Below, piece by piece: positions 13,142-25,561 of a stretch of DNA of 64,000 bases. The notes beneath the pieces were generated by a model. It ran no database searches. It had not been told where the DNA came from and saw only the letters and a program-made list of their open reading frames with translations. Origin of the DNA: Octopus sinensis (Eukaryota); the NCBI RefSeq assembly GCF_006345805.1, contig NC_043008.1:68882001-68946000 (forward strand), written 5' to 3'. The stretch's first letter is position 1, and every line of letters begins with the position of its first letter. The translations under genes and the position numbers were made by a program.

Positions 13142-14258
13142 GTATACACACATATATATGTAATATTTTGGAATAAGGGTTATATGTCGATCAGTGTATT
13201 AATTAGTGCACTATTTGCCCTTCGAGTTATGAAATCTAACTCGACGGACAAATAGCAGCATGACTGTCCGAACTCAAGATCTTTACCGAGACACCACTTT
13301 ATTCATGGATGTACCTGATGTAATCCAGACTGAAAAATGGATGCAACACAACATGATGCACGGAGCCCCACCCATAAGAGACAGTAGCAGGATGGGGCGA
13401 AGCAATCGTCGTACAAAATAAAGACTAATACCAAATCCAGTTTCTGGTTACTTTATCAAATTATTACCTCCGTCTTAGCGAAGGCAGCGGTATTGTTTTC
13501 AGTCGTGTTTGTTTGTCTGTGGACAAGATATCTCAAGAACGGAAAATGGATGTATTACGAATTTTATTGAGCACGATGATCGTTTCGGCCCATCCTGCAG
13601 CTGTCCCTTAGGAGTACGATCCTAACGTACAACGAGCGAGAACATGTCAAGGAGAACTCAGTAAATCTAATGGTATATATTTGTTTTTACAGCTGAAATG
13701 ATTGCACTGTCCCTTAGGGGTAGGATATTGTGCATGTGCTAGATGCACAATATCCTACCCCAAAGGGACAGCCGCAGGATAGATCGAAACGATCGTCGTG
13801 TTGAATGAAGATTCATACTAAATCCATCGTCTGTTTCCTTCTTCAATTATAAACTCAATAAACACTGAGAATATTCTGATGTAGATCCACTGTGGATAAC
13901 ATGAATAATGAATGTGCTTTAATCCACACACACACACACACATACATGTAATGGACTAATGGACATCATTTCTATTGTCTGTTTTGTTTGCTTTTTCTGT
14001 ATTCTGTATTTTGTGTTCCCCGTAAATATAGTCTCAGGCCTACTGTAACAAAAAAGGGTTGTACTTAATAGCTAACTTTCGATGCAGAGGGCCGGTCCTG
14101 GATGAAGTAGTTGGGGTTCCCATCAATTCGAGCACTAGTCTGTGTTACCGATGCTTAGTTAAAGCTGCTAAGCCTATTTTGCTCTCACCCACTTACTATG
14201 TGTGTGCGGCGTGTAACACATAAAGACATACATACATACATATATATCTGTATATATA

Positions 14259-14300
<42 letters not shown>

Positions 14301-15402
14301 GTATACACACATATATATGTAATATTTTGGAATAAGGGTTATATGTCGATCAGTGTATTAATTAGTGCACTATTTGCCCTCGAGTTATGAAATCTAACTC
14401 GACGGACAAATAGCAGCATGACTGTCCGAACTCAAGATCTTTACCGAGACACCACTTTATTCATGGATGTACCTGATGTAATCCAGACTGAAAAATGGAT
14501 GCAACACAACATGATGCACGGAGCCCCACCCATAAGAGACAGTAGCAGGATGGGGCGAAGCAATCGTCGTACAAAATAAAGACTAATACCAAATCCAGTT
14601 TCTGGTTACTTTATCAAATTATTACCTCCGTCTTAGCGAAGGCAGCGGTATTGTTTTCAGTCGTGTTTGTTTGTCTGTGGACAAGATATCTCAAGAACGG
14701 AAAATGGATGTATTACGAATTTTATTGAGCACGATGATCGTTTCGGCCCATCCTGCAGCTGTCCCTTAGGAGTACGATCCTAACGTACAACGAGCGAGAA
14801 CATGTCAAGGAGAACTCAGTAAATCTAATGGTATATATTTGTTTTTACAGCTGAAATGATTGCACTGTCCCTTAGGGGTAGGATATTGTGCATGTGCTGG
14901 ATGCACAATATCCTACCCCAAAGGGACAGCCGCAGGATAGATCGAAACGATCGTCGTGTTGAATGAAGATTCATACTAAATCCATCGTCTGTTTCCTTCT
15001 TCAATTATAAACTCAATAACACTGAGAATATTCTGATGTAGATCCACTGTGGATAACATGATAATGAATGTGCTTTAATCCACACACACACACACACATA
15101 CATGTAATGGACTAATGGACATCATTTCTATTGTCTGTTTTGTTTGCTTTTTCTGTATTCTGTATTTTGTGTTCCCCGTAAATATAGTCTCAGGCCTACT
15201 GTAACAAAAAAGGGTTGTACTTAATAGCTAACTTTCGATGCAGAGGGCCGGTCCTGGATGAAGTAGTTGGGGTTCCCATCAATTCGAGCACTAGTCTGTG
15301 TTACCGATGCTTAGTTAAAGCTGCTAAGCCTATTTTGCTCTCACCCACTTACTATGTGTGTGCGGCGTGTAACACATAAAGACATACATACATACATATA
15401 TA

Positions 15403-15410
<8 letters not shown>
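13139..15410. repeat. Near-identical direct tandem duplication, period 1159 bp (2 copies)
   Basis: 13141.. matches 14300.. throughout. Differences seen are three 1-bp deletions in copy 2 and one A/G substitution (13741 vs 14899). Junctions lie in (TA)n. Confidence 0.97.
13461..13845 (+). mobile_element. Non-autonomous Helentron/HINE-like element with an internal inverted segment (second copy about 14619-15003)
   Basis: Starts TTATTACCTCCG..GGTATTGTTTTCAGTCGTGTTTGTTTGTCTGT..AAGATATCTCAAGAA, a HINE-like 5' layout. 13545-13620 is an imperfect inverted repeat of 13760-13840. Confidence 0.45.
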
Positions 15411-15452
<42 letters not shown>

Positions 15453-16514
15453 GTGTGTGTGTGTGTGTACATATTTGTATACACACACATAAATATATAT
15501 ATATATATACACATACAAATATATATATGTGCATGTGTGTAGGCGCGCGCGCGTGTGTGTGGCTGTGTGCGCGTGTGTTTGTGTGTAATCACCCGGACTT
15601 ATACTTCAGTTCTCATTTTAACAATAGTGTTTCTTCTTCAACAGGAAAAGGCGGTATTTCAGATTCTCGTATATTATGTATACGCTGTAGTTATCGGAAA
15701 ACGTGGTCATAGTCATCATTATCATCACCATCGTCAGCGCCGTTGTCGCCGTCGTCGTCGTCTGCTTCATCTTCTGCATCTTCAGTGAGCATCTCATCAA
15801 TATTAAATACCAATTGCTAAAAACACGTAGTTGTAGTCAGTTACAATATCAACTGAAACAACTGGACTGTGCCGGATTGGGCCAAGAGTGTACCGGAGTG
15901 GGCTAGAGAGAGGCGGGTTGTTTGCAATCAAATGTTCTATGGCTGACAAAATATTTTATCAAGTAAATGCCTGTATTAGATGACCTCAATGTCACGACCC
16001 GGATGATCGTCGGCTGTTGGATTTATCTGCAACTCATAAAGTCATCATGTTCTTCCATCAATATTTGAATAGTTTGACAATACATTTCAGAAAAGTTCAA
16101 CGTTAATTTCTACGTGAATAACATTGTTTTATTTCACTATGGAGTCTATCTCTTCCATTTAGTTTTGTGAAGTGTTGTTTAGTCAATAGGTGGGCATTTA
16201 GTTTAATAACGAACGTGTATTCCATCAGTCATTTGCTCATACGCTTAGTTACTCATTCACATAATTCGTTTCAACGATCTATTATTTTATTCAGAGAGTG
16301 TATCTAGAACTATATTATTCAAAGCGTCTGTTTTATTTTACATTTGTACGAGGTCGAGGAAGTATATATGTTGTAGTCAACCCCATTATAACACTGATAC
16401 TTTATCAAAGAAAGTCGAAGTTAACCTCGCTGGACTCTCCGAGGCTATAAAGTGCTGGACAGGCAGTCGAATATTTTAATTGGTAGCATTTTATTATTCA
16501 TAACTAAATAAAAT

Positions 16515-16950
16515 GCGATGAGCTGGTAGAATCGTTAGCAAGCCGGGCAAAAGGCTTCGCGGCACTTTTTCCGGTTTTACGTTCTAAGTTCAAATTCCAC
16601 CGAGATCGGCATTGCTTTTCACCGATAAAATAAGAGCCAGTTGAGCACTTGGGTTAATGTAATCGATTATCTCCCCTCCTAAAATTTCTGATCTAGTGCC
16701 ATCAGTAGAAAGGATTATTCATAGTTCAATAAAGCAGCTAGCTGGCTAAATCGTTAGCGTGTTAGAGGAAATACTTACAGGTATTCATCCCAACTCCTCG
16801 TGTTCGGAGCACATCTCCCACTGCGGTCAAATTCGCCTTTTATCCTTTCGGGGGTCGACAAAATAAGTATAAGTGGACCACTGGCGTAGATATAATCGGC
16901 TTACTCCCTTCATCTAAAATTGTTGGCCTTGTGTAAAAATTTGAAAACCT
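16515..16950 (+). mobile_element. Two head-to-tail SINE family A copies (degenerate)
   Basis: GAGCTGGTAGAATCGTTAGC..GTTCAAATTCC at 16515-16719, and a second copy at 16733-16950 with ATCCTTTCGGGGGTCGACAAAATAAGTA. Confidence 0.8.
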
Positions 16951-18241
16951 TATTCATTGTTACATAAGAAGGTGATAGAGTACCGGAATAAATAGACTTA
17001 TGCTATTTAGTTATGGCTATTTACGTTATGATCACCATTGATAAAATACCAGTCATATATTAGTATTAATTCAAGCTTCCATATTCAATTCCTCCTACAG
17101 ACAGACGATGCTTACTTTTTATTACCCCCGAATAAAATGAATACCAGCTAAATACTGAGGGATTAAAATATTACTCATACAGATGGAGCAATTCAAACGA
17201 TTATGGTCACTTCTTCCCGAGTGGTATTTAAGATTGCTCGCTCTCGATCAGTAATAACCTTGGGTTAGATAGCGATTTGAGGTCAAAGGTGAATGTATCA
17301 GTAACTTACTGTCATCTGTGTGAGAGAGTATAAGCATGTTGTGAGAGTAGAGATAACTGACAACAACATGTGGTCGGATGGGGTCTACATAAACAACTAA
17401 ATCCAAATATCCCTCAAATATTGGAAGATTTTCTAGAACTGTGCTTCATTGAAGATGCAGAGATGAAACAAACCAGACTGGTGGTGTGGGACAAAAAGCC
17501 CAGTTGTGAAAGTTATTGTAGTAAACATCATTAGAAATTCTTCTACATAGAAAAGAAGGAAAAGTAATTAAGATATAGTGAAAGGTAACCTGTAGCAGAC
17601 ACTAAAGCTGGAGATCACAGCTGATCTTACAGTTGTTTCTTGAGTCGAGCACAATCGGTGAAAGTTCACCTAAGACTGATGTTGAGAAAGCCGAAATTCT
17701 CCGCCAGCACAAGGCCACCCACAGATTTCAAGCAATAGTACTATCTCGCTTCTATGCTGTGATGGAGAAGGATTGAAGATCGAAGAATGGGGTGAAGGAG
17801 TTGCTGGAAATTGTAAAAATGGAAGAGGATGTATAAAGTGAAGCATGAGAAAATACAAGAGACTGGAACTCCATCATAACGAGCCGCCAACATACTGAGC
17901 TAAAATTGTGCTACGATATGTACTGAAAGTATCTGTAGCGACAATTTGTGGTAGCATAAATTCTGTGCAACAAAGATGGCGGGAAGGAAGTGATAGTAGT
18001 GATAGTTTCAAAATCGTCGTCGCCACCAGTCGGCAGCTGATGAAGGGTATTTCTCCTCAGAGTTCCTGTATACATGTATGATATGCAAACATACACATAT
18101 GTGTGTGTGTGTTTGTGTGTATGTGCGTGCGTGTGAGTAGAGATAGAGAGCGTGGGCGTTTATGTTACAGTCAATAGCACAAACTAAAGGTGAACCATAT
18201 TACATTTATGGCAGCTGTGTTACCTAACTAATCAACAAGGG

Positions 18242-18294
<53 letters not shown>

Positions 18295-18565
18295 AACATG
18301 CATGTGCACGCACACACTCGCCTAAACACTCAATCGCATTCATATACAAGCACACAAAACCGCACTCAGCTACATTTGCCTCTATGTACACACACACACA
18401 CACACACGAGCAAGACTGTAGTGCGCATGCGTAGACTTGTGTTAATTGAGATAAGAGCATATTTTATATTAATACATATGTATGCTTGATGCATGTAGGT
18501 GTATATAAATATACACGTATAACATGCTTGTGTATACAATATATATATACATATACATACGCATA

Positions 18566-18613
<48 letters not shown>

Positions 18614-18929
18614 GCATATATATACATACATATATACACTCAAATATATGTATACATATGCATACATACAAAAACAAACTGATATTGATATAGATATATT
18701 TTAATATTTTGTCAAAACGGAAGTAACCATTTTCAGAAATATATTGGTTCCGTTGTTGTCGAAGTCTGCTGGTGTTAGATGTATTGTTAGAAACATCAGG
18801 GCTTTTCAGGAAATCGCTCTTTATCTGGCACAATGCTTACTTGGAAGTGGTAGCAGCTAGAACAAGGCAGAATGGTAAGGAGGGAGAAACTCCACTGAAG
18901 CATTGTGGGAAAGAATGGAGGAAAGTGGT

Positions 18930-20220
18930 GAGCTGTGATTGTAGTGTTTGTGTTGGTGGTGGGTTGGTAGCGGTATTGGTGATGGTGGTAGTGTTCGCGT
19001 TGGAGGTGGTCTTGCTGGTGTTGGTAGTAGTACTTATGGTGTCGGTGATAGTAATGGTGGTGGGGGTAGTGGTAGTTGTAGCGGTAGTAGTATTGGTCTT
19101 GGAGATTATCAGAGGTGGTGGTGCTAGCTTTCGTGTTCGTGTGGTAATGGTAGTGGTTGTAGTGGTAGTGTTGGTGGTGGTCGTGTTGTTGGTGATGGTG
19201 GTCGTGTTGGTGTTGGTAGAGGTACTGGTGGTGTCGGTGATGGTAATGGGCATGTTACTGTTGGTGATAGTTGTAATAGTTGTATTGGTTGTAGCGGTGG
19301 TGTTGTTTGTTTATGAGTAGTAGTGATGGTGTTGGTGGTGATAGCGTTTGTATGGGTGATGGCAGTTGCAGTGGTGGTAGTCTTTGTGTTGGTGGTGGTG
19401 GTGGAGCTGGAGGTAGTTATGTTTATGGTGGCAATGGTAGTGCTGGTTGTGGTGGTTGTAGTGTTGGTGTTGGTGGATAAGGTGGTGGTGGTGGCGTTGG
19501 CAGTGTTGGTGGTGTTAGTGGTAGTGGTGGTCATGGTGGTAATGTTTGTGTTGTTGGTGGTGGTGACTGTGATAATGGTATTGTTGGTGTGTTAGTATTT
19601 ATATGAGCAGTCGTGTTCTTGTTATTATTTATGACGGCGATGTTGTTGACGTTAGCGGGGTTAGTGGTGGTGTTGGTGGATAGAATTGTAGTAGTAGTAG
19701 TAGTAGTAGTGCTTATAATGATGATGATGATGATGATGTTAGTAGCTGGGTCATTGGCGTTGTTGTTGTTGGTTGTGGTGGTGATTAAGGTGATAGTTGG
19801 GGAGATAGTAGTAGCAGTAGTGAGGGAATGGTTGTGATGGTTGATGGTTATTGTTGTTTGTTATTGCACGTAGAGCTAACAGTGGCGATGGTGGTGATGG
19901 AGACAGCGGCGGCAGTGGTGATGTTGGTAATAGTGGTGTTGATAATGGTGATGGTGATGGTGGGTGGTGGTGATATCATTAGTGATGTGCTGACAAAGTT
20001 GACGGCATTGGCGGTGATTGTGGTGGAGATGGTGGTGGGTTGTGGTGGTGAGGATGGGATGGTGTTTGTGGAAGATGTTTCTGATGGTGGTGGTAAGGAT
20101 ATTTGGTAGTATTGGCAGAGATGGAGACGCTTAGAATTCTTCATCTTCTTGTTAGCAGTAGTGGTGGTATTTATAATGGTGTTGTTGGTTGTAATAATGT
20201 TGATTATAGTGGTGGTGGTG
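18930..20220. repeat. Degenerate GT-rich triplet low-complexity tract (GTG/GTA/GTT/ATG)
   Basis: About 1.3 kb with triplet periodicity. Gives poly-Val (+) and poly-Thr (-) ORFs. Confidence 0.9.
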
Positions 20221-20221
20221 G

Positions 20222-20256
<35 letters not shown>

Positions 20257-20257
20257 T

Positions 20258-20310
<53 letters not shown>

Positions 20311-20341
20311 ATGATGATGATGATGATGATGATGATGATGT

Positions 20342-20403
<62 letters not shown>

Positions 20404-20414
20404 ATGATGATGAT

Positions 20415-20465
<51 letters not shown>

Positions 20466-20486
20466 GGATGATGATGATTATGATGA

Positions 20487-20549
<63 letters not shown>

Positions 20550-20603
20550 ATGATGATGATTATGATGATGATGATTGATGATGATGATGATTATGATGAT
20601 GAT

Positions 20604-20663
<60 letters not shown>

Positions 20664-20718
20664 GATGATGATGATATGATGATGATGTTGATGATGATGA
20701 TGATGATGATGATGATGT

Positions 20719-20762
<44 letters not shown>

Positions 20763-20766
20763 ATGA
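20222..20766. repeat. Very long (GAT)n trinucleotide array
   Basis: About 545 bp of GAT with scattered GTT/TAT/GAG variant units and phase slips. Confidence 0.97.
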
Positions 20767-21676
20767 TGATAGTGCTGCCGTTAATGATCGAGATGATAGT
20801 TGTCACCATTGCATTGATGGTGGTTGCGGTGGTGTTGTAACGAAACAAGATGGTAGTGATGGTGGTATTGGTATTGGTGGTGGTGGTGGTACTGTTAGTT
20901 TTGACGAAAGCATGTGGTAGTGGTTGGTGGTATTAGTGATCGTGATGCAGGGAATCAAGAATCCCTCTAGGAAATTTAAGGATGACTTGTAACACTAATA
21001 TGATTAGAGACAATAGGAAAGATTCTCATTTTTATTAATTAGATAATTAACCCTACACCTACCACCCCGTCCCGACACCACCTCTACCTTCGACCCACAT
21101 TCTATTTCTTTCTACTCACCATTGTACTGTTTATTTACTTTCTTTGCGTCTTTGATCAAAAACTTTCTGTCTGTTTGCCTGTCTGACTTTCGATGTCCCT
21201 AGTTCCCTCCTCTCTTTTCGTCTGTCTCTTATACGAATGTATAAATATATATATATGTGTGTGTGTGTGTATACAAACACATACATACACACACACACGC
21301 ACACAAAAACATACACGCACAAACACACGCACACACACACATACACACACACAAACGGATATATTTATATATATTTCTTTGTCTAAATCTGTCACGATGT
21401 CTCTTGCTTTTAGCTCTCGCTCTTACTCCCGTTCTCTCTCTCACGCACAAGTTTATACTGACACACACACAGACATATGCACGTACGTATGTGTATATAT
21501 ATATATGTATATATAATATATATCTACACATACATATATATACACACACATACAAGTACATTCATTTACATATATAAATATATGCACACATGCATACATA
21601 CACATATATAAGTATATAATGTATATATATGTTTGTATACATTTATATTATTTAATATTATTTAATTAGTGACTCG

Positions 21677-21740
21677 TCTCAATGCAACTTAAAGTTTCCT
21701 AGGTCCGCCAGACGAACCTATCTCGTCAGGCTTGCAGAGA
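21677..21740 (-). ncRNA. Degenerate type I hammerhead ribozyme motif with long stem II
   Basis: Reverse complement: TCTGCAAGC-CTGACGA-GA-TAGGTTCG(tctgg)CGGACCTA-G-GAAA-CTTtAAGT-T-GCATTGAGA. This gives an 8-bp stem II, stem III ACTT/AAGT, a GUU triplet and a bulged stem I. Confidence 0.55.
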
Positions 21741-23232
21741 TGAGTTCGTTGTATTGAACCGATCCAAACTGTTATTAAAAAGTATATGTAACATCTACTT
21801 GAGTATCACATTTTGTGAGATGGCAAAGAGGGTGAACATTTTCTTTAAGGAGAGAGAACCGCTTTAGGGTTTGTATCCTACCTATTGTTTCTTTCCTTAT
21901 CCTGAGAGGTCTTTTTCCTATGAGTGAAAGAGTGTATGTTGCTTCCATATTTTCATAAAATCCATTTATTGCACACTACTGTAGTTTTCATAGTTGTAGA
22001 TAGCGCTATTTCACCCTTATTCTGGGCACGTCAGTACATCATAACTTGAGAATGTGTGTGTGTATATATATATATATATATTCATAAAAGCTTTTAGGGA
22101 GAAAACAAACCAAGAAAATTGAAATGGACGATTTATAATATTAGTTTAAAGCTGGACGAAAAAAAAGCAAAAACGAGGATTACCTCTTCAAAGAAAGCTA
22201 GAGAAAAATTAACAAAAACAAAAATGAAAAGGAACGAAAAAATAAACATGTGTATTTAAAATGATGGCATGATGTAAAATGAATGGCCAACTGAAGATGG
22301 CGGAGAGAAGTAAAAAAAGAGCACGAGATCAATTGTAAAGGGAGATAATAGATGGACAGTTAATTTGGGTATGAACATGTGGGTGTTTACGATCGTTCAT
22401 GTTGTGAATTATCTGTGTGTGTTTAAATGTGTGCGTATGTGTATGGTGGTGTAGAAAGTACTGCGCTGGGTATGTTTGATATGTGATATGTATGGAAAGT
22501 GATGTGTGTGTCTGTGTAGTGGGTGTATAATGTGTGTATACATGCATGTATATCTGTATGATGTGTTTTTAAATGAATGCGTGAGTGGGTGAATGCGTAT
22601 GTGTATATACAATGTGTATCTATTGTATGCGTTGTGTGTGTGTGTGTGTGTGTAAAGTGGTAGGTGTTTATAGGGCATGTTTTCTGTGTAGATGTATGCG
22701 TATTTAAATTTTCGTGTTTGTGTGAGTGACTGTTGAGTTCGTTTCTATCTGTGTGTATATGTGCAGGTATATGTATTTGTGCACGTGTGTGTGTATGAAG
22801 AGTGCGTAAATTATAGCATACATGTGTGTGAGAGTGTGTGTGTGTCTGTGTTTGTGTGTCTGTGTGTGTATTGGAGTATATGCGCATGGTGTATATGCAT
22901 ATGTGGCGTGTATATATAATATATGAATATAAAATGTGTGTATGTTGTGTTCGTAAAGTGTGTGTATTGTATATGTGTATGTATGTTTTGTATATAGAAA
23001 TGTATGTGAAGTAGAGTGTGCGGGGAGGTATGCTTCTGTGGCGCATTGTGTTTGTGTTTTGTGTGTAATGTGTGAGTAAAACTGTATATATGCTTTTTAT
23101 AAGTGCCTCTAATGTGTGTATTATTGCATGTATACGAAAAATATGCGTATTATTTGCAGTGAACGTGGAAATACGTGGTGAGTGTAGTGAGAGAAATTGG
23201 TGTGAGGGTATAGCTGATATAAAAAGCACATA

Positions 23233-23441
23233 TAACGGGGTGCTGAAAATTCTTGGCTTTAAGGATATCGCGAAAGGACTGGTTGCAGGTAGAATCTTCT
23301 GAGTTTTTTTACAGGGTTTCGAAATGCTGAAGGACCGTTGCGATAAGTGTGTGAAGGCAATATGCTGATTAAATCATAATTAACTGATTCTCCTAAATTT
23401 TCTGTTAACTAAAGCCAGGAACTTTTCAGCATCCTCTCGTA
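23233..23441 (+). mobile_element. Mariner-derived MITE (about 210 bp)
   Basis: TIRs GGGGTGCTGAAAATTCTTGGCTTT / AAAGCCAGGAACTTTTCAGCATCCTCTCGTA. The interior retains the transposase C-terminus (LKDRCDKCV). Confidence 0.85.
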
Positions 23442-23564
23442 CTAGTGCAAGAGTATGATGTGTGTTAATGTGAGTAGATATCTAGGTGTTAGTGTGTGCT
23501 CATGTGTGTATGTGTGTGTGTGTCTGTGTGTGGTCTAGTGTGTGCGTGTACGCGTACGTATGTG

Positions 23565-24724
23565 TCAAGTCATTAAGAATGAAATGTCCGATTTGAACTG
23601 AAAGTTTATTTTACTTTATCTCAACAAAAAGCAATGCAGTTAATCAAAGTATGCACCTAAATTATCAATACAATTTTGCCATTTTATCGATAGCTTATTT
23701 ATGCCAGCAGCGAAGAATTCTGGAGAGCAAAAGGTGATGAAATTACGGAAGGCTGGTTTTGCATCTTCTTCAGATTTGAAATTTTCTCCTCGCAAAAAGT
23801 TGTCTAATGCCTGGAAACGTGATAATCAGTTGTTGCCAGGCTTGGTGAATATGGTGAATGAGAGAGCAGTTCCAAGTTCAGTTCCTGTAACTTGAGTAGC
23901 GTTCTTTGTGCAGCATGTGGTCGAACGTTGTCTTGCAAGAGAATTGCCTGTCATTATTGACCAATCCTGATTGTTTAATAGCAAGTTCACTCATTATTTC
24001 ATCCAGTTGGTTGGTGTATACATCCACTGTATTTGATTTACCAGGTCTCATGAAGCTGTAATTGATGACACCAGCGTTGGACCACAAAACAGACACCATT
24101 AGCATTTTTTTGGTGAATATTCTATTTTGAATTGTGTTATAGCACTTCGTCTCTATCCAACCGCTGTGCAGACCACTTGTTATTGTTGAAAAGAATCTAT
24201 TTTTCATCACACGTAGCAATACGATGCAAAGATGGTTCACTTTTATGCCGTGACAGCAAAGAACAGCAAGTTTCAAGACGACGTGTCATGATGCTCGTTC
24301 AGTTCGTGTGGTACCCACTTGTCCAGCTTCTTTACCTTGCCGATTTATTTCATTGGTCTAATAGAATTGGAATCGAAACATCAAAACTTGCTGCTAACTC
24401 ACGCGTAGTTTGAGATGTATCTGCTTACACTACAATTTCCAACTCATCATTATCTGCCTTTGTCTCAGGTCTACAACGGGGATGATTTCCAAGAGTAAAG
24501 TCACCAGACCGGAACTTCTCTAACCATCGACATGAAGTGCACTCATTCGCTACATCTTCACCAAACACCTAATTGATGTTTTGTGCTGTCTGGAAGGCAT
24601 TGGTCCCATTTCGAAAAATGATGATGCAACTCTTCAAGGTTGTAAAACAAAGAATTGTCAAGATAAAACATTAGAGTTAACGATTGGCATAAGAAAATCG
24701 GACATTACATTCTTAATGACCTGA
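23565..24724 (-). mobile_element. Mariner (DD34D) transposon with both TIRs, transposase pseudogenised
   Basis: TIRs TCAAGTCATTAAGAATGAAATGTCCGATTT / AAATCGGACATTACATTCTTAATGACCTGA-TA. The minus strand gives KLDKWVPHEL, TCDEK*, QDNVRPH and YSPSLATTDYH, with 34 residues between D2 and D3. Confidence 0.92.
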
Positions 24725-24879
24725 TATGTGTATGCGTGAACGTGTAGAGCTACAAGAAGGCAAGCTGCCTGTTTAACCTATATGGCCGTGTTGCACCTCT
24801 GATAAAAAATATTGTTGCTCAGGTTGTAATCGAGACGTGGGAGGTCCTTAGCATAAAGCAATACCAGAGACAGAAGTTG

Positions 24880-24985
24880 CAGGAACGTGTAATCAGGTAT
24901 GAAAAACTGGTTGACCACCCTCTCTGTTCTCCTGATTTGGCTCCATCTGACTATCATCTGTTCCCCGACATGAAAAATTAATGCA
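24880..24985 (+). mobile_element. Mariner transposase fragment
   Basis: The plus strand reads HPLCSPDLAPSDYHLFPDMKN (YSPDLAPSD motif). Confidence 0.8.
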
Positions 24986-25206
24986 TGCAAGATTTCACGG
25001 CTCTAGAGTCACTCCTTTACAGTCAGCTTATGAACTTTTCAGCCCACCTTCGTAGGGATAAAAAGAATTGTACCTACTTTAAAAAAAAAAAGAGAAAATC
25101 CCCTCCATTCGTGGTCTAATAATTTCAAGGTAATTCAATTGTTTTTAGGTGTGCATAAGATAGATGCTAAATTTTTACAATTAGATATGGCAAATGATTA
25201 CTCTTC

Positions 25207-25427
25207 CACGAGGGGAGGGGGCTGAAAAGTTCCTGGCTTTGGGTAAAGGAAAATACAGGCAGATCAGTTAATTATGAATTTATTCAATATAGTCACATCT
25301 CAGATTCATACACTTATTGCAGCGGTCCTTCAGTTATTCTAAGCCCCGTAAATGAACTCGGAAGTTTGGGCCTCCTACAAAGCCTTTCGCGATACCCTTA
25401 AAGTCAGGAACTTTACAGCACCCCTAG
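25207..25427 (-). mobile_element. Mariner-derived MITE, same family as 23233
   Basis: GGGGGCTGAAAAGTTCCTGGCTTT ... AAAGTCAGGAACTTTACAGCACCCC. The interior is the reverse complement of the 23233 copy. Confidence 0.85.
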
Positions 25428-25561
25428 TTTCTTTCCAGTCCTTCTAAATAAAGCACTTGTATTCTAGGCAGGATGTAAATAAAAGCCTAGTCGACTGCTG
25501 ATTGGGTATTAGATTTAATAACAAGATTTGGGGCCGTAAGGATAGAGAAATAACCTGATAT

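Noticed and set aside
15691-15784. Possible transmembrane exon LSENVVIVIIIITIVSAVVAVVVVCFIFCIF with AG/GTGAG boundaries
   Set aside because: The hydrophobicity comes from ATC/GTC triplet repeats common in this genome, the acceptor is weak, and no partner exons were found. RNA-seq would settle it.
18030-18065. CTGATGAAGGG..TCCT hammerhead-like start (also CTGAAGA..CGAAA at 3086)
   Set aside because: The first lacks GAAA and stem III. The second lacks stem II.
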